A DNA stretch of 64,000 bases, from assembly GCA_045611765.1 (NCBI GenBank), contig JAZKXT010000012.1, positions 119,440-183,439 on the forward strand. Direction: 5' to 3'. The position numbers and the translations under genes were made by a program. Source of the DNA: Clostridia bacterium. Lineage in GTDB: Bacteria > Bacillota > Clostridia > TANB77 > CAG-465. Below, piece by piece: positions 56,926-64,000 of the stretch (position 1 is its first letter; each line of letters begins with the position of its first letter). The notes below the pieces were generated by a model. The model saw only the letters and a list, made by a program, of their open reading frames with translations. It did no database searches and was not told the origin of the DNA.

Positions 56926-59900
56926 ATGCAGTTAAAAAGGATTGAAATACAGGGGTTTAAATCGTTTGCTGACAAAACTATAATAGAATTTGATGGTGGA
57001 ATCACTACTATAGTTGGACCAAACGGAAGCGGAAAGAGTAATATCTCTGATGCAGTGCGTTGGGTTCTAGGTGAACAAAGTGCCAAGAGCTTAAGAGGCT
57101 CTAAAATGGAAGATGTAATATTTGCAGGGACTAAGCATAGAAAAATGCTTGGTCTTGCTGAGGTTTCACTAGTTTTAGATAATAGTGACCACAGTCTTAA
57201 TGTGGAATTCGATGAAGTTGTTGTAACAAGAAGAGTGTATAGAAGTGGAGATAGTGAGTATTTAATAAATAAATCCCAAGTAAGGCTTAAAGATGTCCAA
57301 GAATTATTCATGGATACGGGGGTAGGGCGTGATGGTTACAGCATAATTGGACAAGGTAAAATAGATAGTATAATATCTTCAAAGTCTGAAGATAGAAGAA
57401 ACATATTTGAAGAGGCATCTGGTATAGTAAAATACAGAACTAGAAAAGATGAAGCGTTAAGAAAATTAGAGCACACAAATGCTAATTTAGATAGAGTTAC
57501 GGACATTTTAACAGAGATAAACAATAACTTGGAACCATTAGCAAAAAAAGCAGAAACGGCAAAAAAATATCTTGAGTTGAAAGGCAAACTTAAAGATATA
57601 GATGTAAAAATATTCTTAAATGTTATAGATAGCTGTTCGGGTGAGTTAGAAGCTTTAAATGCAAAAATAGAAGGAATAAATAATAGCGTTATAGAAAAAG
57701 AGTCTGAACTTGCAGAAGCACAAAGAGCAAGTGATGATGCAAGAGTATGTTTGGAAGAACTTCTTCAGGCAATAGAGGTCGCTCAGGAAACATATTATTC
57801 TTCATTAAGTGAAGTAGACAGATTAACTTCTAAAGTAGAAGCCTATGATGATAGGGTGGCAATGAATAAAGAAAATATTGCTAAACTAAAAGAAGAAATA
57901 GCCGGTTCAGATGCATCAATTGCAATACTTGAGCAAGAGATCGTAACTCGTTCGGTTAAAAAAGACAACCTTGAAAAAAACAAATTAAGATTTGAAATTG
58001 AGCTTAATGAGAAGACAGCCGAGCTTAAAGAAATAACTGCGGGAATGTCTGAAAAAGAGCTTGAAATAGAAAGTCTAAAAAGAACAGTTGAATCTCTTAA
58101 AGAAAATATATCTGAACTTAAGCTTAAAATTGCGACAGCTGAAATGCATTTAGAAGCAAATAATAAAAGATTAGATACAATTGCAAGAGATGCTAATCAA
58201 GATATATCTAGTTCTGATGGTATCAAAATACATCTAGCTGAAGTGGAAGAGGAATTTGCTAAGGTAGAAAAAAATAGAAATAGTTTAAAAGAGCAAATGG
58301 AAACTTTAAGCAATGAAAAAACTAGACTTGAAGAATTCTTTGCAACGTTTGAGACTAAAGAAAATGAATTTAAACAAAAAATATTAGAGACAAGGTCCAA
58401 ACTAAACTATATGTTAAACCTCGAAAGTGAATCTGAAGGATACACAAGAAGTGTTAAGAGCATTATAGACTTGTCTAGAAGAAATGCTAAATATACAGAC
58501 CACGTATTTGGAACGCTTGCGTCACTAATTTCTACTGATGAAAAATATGAAAAAGCGATAGAAATTGCGATGGGGGGATATATCCAAAACATAGTAGTGG
58601 ATAAAGATTCTGTTGCAAAAGATTTGGTTAATTTCTTAAAAGACGGAATGCTAGGACGCGCTACGTTCTTACCAATAGAAAGCATTAAGTTATATAAAGA
58701 AGATATACCAGCGGCGCTTAAAAAAGAAGCGGGATATATAGGAACCGCAATGGAGCTTGTGTCATATGATAAAAAGTTTGAAGCAGTAGCAAGACTAGCA
58801 CTTGGTAGAACTATTGTAGTAGATACGATAGAAAATGGAATAAAGATATCTAAAGTGTCTAAAAATAGTGCAAAGATAGTAACTCTTGCGGGTGAAGTTA
58901 TTGCAACAACTGGAAGTATAACAGGTGGACAAGCAGCGTCAAAGCAAATGACACTGGTTGGACGTGGTAGAAGAATTAATGAATATAAAGAACGTTTGGC
59001 TACTCTTGAAAAAGACTATGCAGCGCATTTAGATAGTATTAAAAAAGAACAAGGAAGTTATACAGAAATTGTAGCTAAACTTGAAACAGTAACAGCCAAG
59101 TATACTGAAGCAAATACAACATATAGTGTAACACAGGAACGACTAAATCAAGCAATAAAAGACGCGGAAAAGATAAAAGACATGCGTAAGAATAAAGAGG
59201 CTGAAAAAGTAGAACTAGAGGCTAATAATAAAGATTTAGAGTGGGATATAACTGAAACTAATAAAAAAATAGACGAGATAAACGCTGAAATTACAAAGCA
59301 TACAGATGAGATAGCAGAATATGCAAGATTTAATAAAGAGAAAGAAGAAAGAGTTAACTTCTTAAACGAAGATATAATGAACCTTAAAGTTTCGCTTTCA
59401 TCTTTTGATGAATCAGCTTTAGCTATTGATGAGATGGTAGATAAGATTAAGTCAGATATATCTAGCTTTATGGTCAGTCAGGATAGAAAGAAAGAGTTAA
59501 TAGCAGAATATGAAAATGAACTTGCTACAAGTGAAGCTAAAAACGAAGAAGACAAAAATCAAATAACAGTTATTAAAGAAAAAACGGATGCTTTAAAAAA
59601 TGAAATAGAAAAATTAAAACAAGATAAAGCAAACAATATAGCAAAACAAAGCGAACTAGAAAAAGTAACTTTTGAAGCTATGAAAATGCTTGAGAAATTA
59701 AGAACAGAAAAAGCTAAACTAGATGGAAAGAAAGAAAAATACGATAGCGATACAGAACTTCTTAAAATAAAAATGTGGGAGGAATATGAAATCACTGTAA
59801 CGTCTGCTCGTGAGATAGATAAAGCTCTAGATGAGTTAAAGGATATATCTAAAACTAAATTAGAGCAAATGGCAAATAAACTAAAAAATGAAATTAAAGG

Positions 59901-60495
59901 TTTAGGTGAAGTAACAGTAAGTGCTATTGAAGAATACAAAGAATTAAGTGAACGTGGTCAGTTTATTTCTAAACAAAAAGAAGATTTAGAAGAAACTAAA
60001 GCTAAACTTGAAAATTTAATAGACAATACAACTGCTGTTATGAAAACACAATTTGCTAAACAATTTAAAGAAATAAACGAAAACTTTAAAGAGGTATTTA
60101 AGGAACTCTTTGGTGGAGGAAGAGCAGAGCTTAAGCTTTCAGATGAGAAAAATGTTTTAGAAAGTGGTATAGAAATTGAAGCTGAACCACCTGGAAAGAA
60201 ACTACAAAATATGTCACTTCTATCTGGTGGAGAAAAAGCTTTAACTGCTATTGCGATATTATTTGCAATACTTAAGATAAAAGCACCTCCATTCTGTGTT
60301 CTAGACGAAATAGAAGCAGCTCTAGACGATATTAACGTTGCAAGATTTGCATCGTATCTAGAAAAATATTCAGATGATACGCAATTTATAGTTATAACAC
60401 ATAGAAAAGGTACAATGGAAGTTGCAACATCAGTATATGGTGTTACAATGCAAGAATATGGTGTATCTAAGCTTGTGTCGATGAAGATGAAATAG
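56926..60495 (+). CDS. smc: Chromosome partition protein Smc
   Basis: 1189 aa. Walker A is GPNGSGKSN. Long coiled coils flank a hinge (GYIGTAMELV..). The signature motif is LSGGEKALTAIAILFAI and Walker B is FCVLDEIEAALD. Confidence 0.96.
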   Translation: MQLKRIEIQGFKSFADKTIIEFDGGITTIVGPNGSGKSNISDAVRWVLGEQSAKSLRGSKMEDVIFAGTKHRKMLGLAEVSLVLDNSDHSLNVEFDEVVVTRRVYRSGDSEYLINKSQVRLKDVQELFMDTGVGRDGYSIIGQGKIDSIISSKSEDRRNIFEEASGIVKYRTRKDEALRKLEHTNANLDRVTDILTEINNNLEPLAKKAETAKKYLELKGKLKDIDVKIFLNVIDSCSGELEALNAKIEGINNSVIEKESELAEAQRASDDARVCLEELLQAIEVAQETYYSSLSEVDRLTSKVEAYDDRVAMNKENIAKLKEEIAGSDASIAILEQEIVTRSVKKDNLEKNKLRFEIELNEKTAELKEITAGMSEKELEIESLKRTVESLKENISELKLKIATAEMHLEANNKRLDTIARDANQDISSSDGIKIHLAEVEEEFAKVEKNRNSLKEQMETLSNEKTRLEEFFATFETKENEFKQKILETRSKLNYMLNLESESEGYTRSVKSIIDLSRRNAKYTDHVFGTLASLISTDEKYEKAIEIAMGGYIQNIVVDKDSVAKDLVNFLKDGMLGRATFLPIESIKLYKEDIPAALKKEAGYIGTAMELVSYDKKFEAVARLALGRTIVVDTIENGIKISKVSKNSAKIVTLAGEVIATTGSITGGQAASKQMTLVGRGRRINEYKERLATLEKDYAAHLDSIKKEQGSYTEIVAKLETVTAKYTEANTTYSVTQERLNQAIKDAEKIKDMRKNKEAEKVELEANNKDLEWDITETNKKIDEINAEITKHTDEIAEYARFNKEKEERVNFLNEDIMNLKVSLSSFDESALAIDEMVDKIKSDISSFMVSQDRKKELIAEYENELATSEAKNEEDKNQITVIKEKTDALKNEIEKLKQDKANNIAKQSELEKVTFEAMKMLEKLRTEKAKLDGKKEKYDSDTELLKIKMWEEYEITVTSAREIDKALDELKDISKTKLEQMANKLKNEIKGLGEVTVSAIEEYKELSERGQFISKQKEDLEETKAKLENLIDNTTAVMKTQFAKQFKEINENFKEVFKELFGGGRAELKLSDEKNVLESGIEIEAEPPGKKLQNMSLLSGGEKALTAIAILFAILKIKAPPFCVLDEIEAALDDINVARFASYLEKYSDDTQFIVITHRKGTMEVATSVYGVTMQEYGVSKLVSMKMK

Positions 60496-60503
60496 TAAAA
60501 AAG

Positions 60504-60537
60504 AAAACGCAAAAAGCAAATCGCTTTTTGCGTTTTT
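60504..60537. terminator. Bidirectional terminator between smc and the convergent membrane-protein gene
   Basis: ACGCAAAAAGC / GCTTTTTGCGT stem with A and T flanks. Confidence 0.8.
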
Positions 60538-60557
60538 CAGTGTGCCATCTACAACTT

Positions 60558-61025
60558 TTAATCCATATTAATATAGTAAAAAACACACAACTTTTCGTTA
60601 ATAACTTCGTTGATATTATTTACTATAGAGTCCATAGAGGTTACTAAGTAATCATAGGTAATGTTGTTGCTAAATACTTCTATTGAGAAATAAAAAGCGT
60701 CTTTGGTACAGCTACGTAGCGTGACTATCGCCTGCTCATCATCTAAGAGGTCGATACTAACATTAGAATATAAAATATCGCTAATGGTATCAATTATTTC
60801 TTTATCCAGCTTGTTGTAATACCTACGATAGGCCACTTCGAATGCTACTGCTGTGGCAATTATTAGTAAGACGGAAAAAATCACGTGGAAGGTAAAGAAC
60901 AAAAAGCAAAACGTGAAGACGAAGAGGGTTAAAAGAGATAACACTACTATTTGTATTTTTTGAATAGAGGCGTATCGTTTTTTTCTTTTGTCCTGCTTCT
61001 GGACTAATGGTTGTAATGTGTTCAT
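60558..61025 (-). CDS. Hypothetical membrane protein (155 aa, two TM helices)
   Basis: ORF with GGAG upstream on the minus strand and a consensus promoter at 61101-61129. No family recognised. Confidence 0.55.
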   Translation of the reverse strand: MNTLQPLVQKQDKRKKRYASIQKIQIVVLSLLTLFVFTFCFLFFTFHVIFSVLLIIATAVAFEVAYRRYYNKLDKEIIDTISDILYSNVSIDLLDDEQAIVTLRSCTKDAFYFSIEVFSNNITYDYLVTSMDSIVNNINEVINEKLCVFYYINMD

Positions 61026-61100
61026 GATATATCTCCTTTTAATTAAATTAGATTTTAGTTCAATAAGTTTATTGTACTCATATAATTTTGCAATTTATAT

Positions 61101-61129
61101 ATTATACATCTTTTACTGAATAATGTCAA
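61101..61129 (-). promoter_or_regulatory. Consensus sigma-A promoter (TTGACA-17-TATAAT) for the 60558-61025 gene
   Basis: The minus strand reads TTGACAttattcagtaaaagatgTATAAT. Both hexamers are perfect and the spacer is exactly 17 nt. Confidence 0.65.
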
Positions 61130-61133
61130 CAAA

Positions 61134-61157
61134 ACAGTCCGGGGGTAACCGGACTGT
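61134..61157 (-). terminator. G+C-rich hairpin (ACAGTCCGG-loop-CCGGACTGT); terminator-like on the minus strand only
   Basis: 9-bp G+C-rich stem. On the minus strand it is followed by TTTTGTT. No minus-strand gene lies upstream of it. Confidence 0.45.
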
Positions 61158-61227
61158 AAAAAGGGTAAATAATATATAATAAATATATTAAAAAGGTTTA
61201 TGAAAAAGGTTTAAATGTATTAATGTA

Positions 61228-61256
61228 TTGTTAATACAACTAAATTATAGTATAAT
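61228..61256 (+). promoter_or_regulatory. Sigma-A-type promoter of trmFO (TTGTTA-17-TATAAT)
   Basis: TTGTTAatacaactaaattatagTATAAT with an exact 17-nt spacer. Confidence 0.55.
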
Positions 61257-61333
61257 GTGAGTAGATTTTATGTCGAAATATATTGTAGAACAATAAAAAG
61301 AAAATAAAGTTTTGTTAAAATAAAGGAGATTAA

Positions 61334-62686
61334 ATGAAGACGCCAAATGTAGTAAATATAATTGGTGCAGGACTTGCTGGATGTGAGTGTGCACATATAT
61401 TAAGTAAATATAATATAAAATGTAGACTTTATGAAATGAAGCCTAACAAAAAAAGCCCGGCTCATGTATCTAATGACTTTGCAGAGCTTGTATGTAGCAA
61501 TTCTTTAAAGTCTGAACAAATAACAAATGCATGTGGGCTTTTAAAACAAGAAATGAAAATGCTAGATAGCATTTTTGTAGAAGCAGCATATAATTCAAAA
61601 GTTCCAGCGGGAAATGCGTTGGCTGTAAATAGGGAAGAATTTTCAAAATATATAACAGAGAAAATAAAAAACGATGAAAATATTGAGATTACTTATGAAG
61701 AGGTAATGGATTTAGATAAACTACAAGGCATTACTGTAATTGCCACAGGTCCTCTTACAAGTGAGGCGTTATCTTTAAGCATAGCCAAATTAATAGGAGA
61801 AAATAAACTCTACTTTTATGATGCTGCAGCACCAATAGTGCTTGCTGAAAGTATAGATATGACAAAAGCGTATAGAAAAGATAGATACGGTGAAATTGGA
61901 GTAGGAGATTATTTAAATCTTGCTATGACTAAGGAAGAATATGACGTGTTCTATAACGAATTATTAAATGCAGAAAGTGCTGAACGCCACTCTTTTGATA
62001 AATTAGAACAAACTAATAACGACACGGAAGAATTACAACATTTCGAAGGTTGTATGCCAATAGAGACTATGGCGAGACGTGGAGATAAGACGTTAGTATT
62101 TGGCCCTTTAAAACCGGTAGGCTTGTATAAAGAAGATGGAACAAAACCTTACGCAGTACTTCAACTTAGAAAAGAAGATGAAAACGAAACAATGTATAAT
62201 TTAGTTGGCTTTCAAACAAGTCTTAAATTTGCTGAACAAAAAAGAGTATTTGGTTTAATAGCAGGTCTTGAGAATGCAGAATATGTAAGATATGGTGTAA
62301 TGCATAGAAACACATATATAAATGCACCCAAGATAATAAATAGCGACTTTAGTATGAAAGAACATCCAAATGTATATTTTGCGGGACAAATAAGTGGTGT
62401 GGAAGGTTATGTGGAATCAGCCGCAAGTGGTCTTATGGTAGCATATAACATTGTAGCGAAATTAAAAGGAATAGATTTAAAATTTTCGGATGAAACTATG
62501 CTTGGTGCACTTGCTAAATATGTAGCAACAGAAAATAAAGATTACCAACCAATGAATGCAAATTTTGGGATTATTAAGCCTGCTGAGAAGAAAATTAGAG
62601 ATAAGAAGGAAAGATATGCTTTTTATGCCACAAGGTCAATAGATAGGATGAAGGAGTTAAAAGATGAGCTTAAAAATATTGGATGA
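61334..62686 (+). CDS. trmFO: Methylenetetrahydrofolate--tRNA-(uracil54-C5)-methyltransferase TrmFO (Gid)
   Basis: VNIIGAGLAGCECA FAD-binding motif, AELVCSNSLKS, and FAGQISGVEGYVESAASG. 450 aa. Confidence 0.92.
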   Translation: MKTPNVVNIIGAGLAGCECAHILSKYNIKCRLYEMKPNKKSPAHVSNDFAELVCSNSLKSEQITNACGLLKQEMKMLDSIFVEAAYNSKVPAGNALAVNREEFSKYITEKIKNDENIEITYEEVMDLDKLQGITVIATGPLTSEALSLSIAKLIGENKLYFYDAAAPIVLAESIDMTKAYRKDRYGEIGVGDYLNLAMTKEEYDVFYNELLNAESAERHSFDKLEQTNNDTEELQHFEGCMPIETMARRGDKTLVFGPLKPVGLYKEDGTKPYAVLQLRKEDENETMYNLVGFQTSLKFAEQKRVFGLIAGLENAEYVRYGVMHRNTYINAPKIINSDFSMKEHPNVYFAGQISGVEGYVESAASGLMVAYNIVAKLKGIDLKFSDETMLGALAKYVATENKDYQPMNANFGIIKPAEKKIRDKKERYAFYATRSIDRMKELKDELKNIG

Positions 62687-63632
62687 AGATATCAAGAATA
62701 AAAAACCTCACGGTGTATATTTGCTTTATGGTACTGAAACATATGATGTAGAAAGCTATGTAGAAAAAATAAAAAAATGTTTTTCTAATTTAGAAGCTGG
62801 TGTAAATTTCTTTGTACTAGATAAAACAAATGTAGATAAATTAGAAGATTACTGTGAGAGTGTATCATTTTTTGGCCTTGAGAAGCTTATAGTTATAAAA
62901 AACACAGGATTAAAATTTAATAAGGAAGTTTTAGAAAACATTACAAATCCTGAACTTGTTATAGTAATAACTGAGGAAAGTGTGGATAAAAGAACATCAG
63001 AATATAAATATTTAACAAAAAATGCAGTTTGTGTAGAGTTTAATAAGCTAAACGAAAAAGATGCTGTGTTTTTTGTAAAGAGAATGCTTAATGCATATAA
63101 AGTGAATGTTCCTGACGATGTGGCAAAATATTTAGTAGCCGTTTGTACAGAAGACAAACAAATTCTAGTAAATGAGTTTAGAAAAATAGTGGCATATCTT
63201 GACCATGGTGAGACTTTGACAAAAGAGGTTATAGATACTATTTGTTCAAAAACAATTGATGCCAAGATATTTGATCTTATGGATGCTATAATGGTTAAGA
63301 AGAAAAAAGACGCTTTAGCACTTTTTGAAGATATGTTAGCGCAAGGAACATATATTGGCATAATTTCATCAATGATATTTAAACAAATAAAACAAATCTA
63401 TCAAATAAAACTTATGGAACAAAGAATAAAAGAGACAGGAATAAATGTAGATATAGCAAAAGAACTTGGAATACATCCTTTTGTATATTCTAAATTAAAA
63501 GTAGCTAGTTCAAATTATTCTTTGGAACATTTGGAAAACTTAATGTTAGAATTTAACTCTTATGATGAAAATTCAAAAACAGGAAAAATAGATATTATTC
63601 TTGGTTTAAAACAAATAATACTTGCGATGTAG
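62664..63632 (+). CDS. holA: DNA polymerase III subunit delta
   Basis: 322 aa. The N-terminal VYLLYGTETYDVESYVEKIKK pattern and the length and helical C-domain fit HolA. AAGGAG lies upstream. The start overlaps the trmFO 3' end by 23 nt. Confidence 0.75.
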   Translation: MSLKILDEDIKNKKPHGVYLLYGTETYDVESYVEKIKKCFSNLEAGVNFFVLDKTNVDKLEDYCESVSFFGLEKLIVIKNTGLKFNKEVLENITNPELVIVITEESVDKRTSEYKYLTKNAVCVEFNKLNEKDAVFFVKRMLNAYKVNVPDDVAKYLVAVCTEDKQILVNEFRKIVAYLDHGETLTKEVIDTICSKTIDAKIFDLMDAIMVKKKKDALALFEDMLAQGTYIGIISSMIFKQIKQIYQIKLMEQRIKETGINVDIAKELGIHPFVYSKLKVASSNYSLEHLENLMLEFNSYDENSKTGKIDIILGLKQIILAM

Positions 63633-63705
63633 AAATCATAATAGGTAATATAAAATTAAATAAAAGCACTTCTTTTGAAACATAATGTTAAAGAGGTGTT
63701 TTTTT

Positions 63706-64000
63706 ATGAAAAATTTTAACTTTAGAACAGATATGGCAGATGAAAGGGTAGATACATATAAACAGGTAAACAATTTAACAGAAATAAATGGAATTAAAGT
63801 AGAATGTGTGGCGGAAGATATAGTAAAAACAACTACTGTAGATGTTTTAAATGAAAATGGTAAAAATGCAGTAAAAAAAGATATAGGTAAGTATATAACA
63901 CTGGAAATAAAAGATGTAGAGTATTTAACAGAGGAACAAAAGCAGTCGGTTATAACAGCTGTTGCAAATCAAATAAAGATATTAATAGGTAAAGAGGTAA
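63706..64000 (+). CDS. gpr: Germination protease GPR, N-terminal part (continues beyond the window)
   Basis: MKNFNFRTDMADERVDTYKQ....INGIKVE is the typical GPR N-terminus (RTDLA.E motif). The ORF is open to the window end. Confidence 0.85.
   Translation, partial: MKNFNFRTDMADERVDTYKQVNNLTEINGIKVECVAEDIVKTTTVDVLNENGKNAVKKDIGKYITLEIKDVEYLTEEQKQSVITAVANQIKILIGKEV

Noticed and set aside
62664-62686. The 23-nt overlap of trmFO and holA could be a recoding or fusion signal.
   Set aside because: holA has its own AAGGAG and ATG within the trmFO 3' end. This is ordinary translational coupling in a compact genome.

Overview
AT-rich (about 30% G+C by eye) chromosomal segment from an endospore-forming Firmicute, probably Clostridia-like. 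I cannot name the species. Most of the window is tightly packed housekeeping. Plus-strand genes: rny (3' part), recJ, relA/spoT, ung, queA, tgt, cls, uppP, folD, pth, rplU-rpmA, trpS, obg, hrcA-grpE-dnaK-dnaJ with two CIRCE operators, rsmE, rpsO, a P-type Ca-ATPase, rhodanese plus thioredoxin, smc, trmFO and holA. Sporulation genes present: spoIVA, bofA, dpaA and gpr (5' part). There are two single tRNA genes, Gly-UCC and Arg-UCU. I saw no rRNA, CRISPR array, transposase or integrase. Canonical neighbours are often missing: no prp between rplU and rpmA, no dpaB after dpaA, no pnp after rpsO, no prmA after dnaJ, no mfd after pth. This suggests a compact, rearranged genome. Accessory regions worth a second look: (1) a three-gene operon at 45.7-49.8 kb made of a GH18-like protein lacking the catalytic Glu, a canonical type IV pilin, and a 698-aa Glu5-less pilin fused to an FGE-sulfatase-like domain, with no pilus machinery nearby. 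(2) An orphan VirD4/TraG-type coupling ATPase at 21.0-23.5 kb. (3) An HD-domain gene cassette bracketed by identical 20-nt hairpins. (4) A GH73 autolysin with a C-terminal dockerin, next to a membrane-anchored protein with cadherin-like domains. (5) Two uncharacterised genes upstream of smc, one with a triple 45-aa repeat and one with a degenerate PLD-like domain. (6) Two small self-contained cassettes; the one at 10.2-10.8 kb has clearly atypical base composition. Three genes carry single-nucleotide inactivating lesions: a queA nonsense codon, a cysE frameshift and a frameshifted membrane protein. All calls come from reading the sequence and ORF translations by eye. No database search was run.
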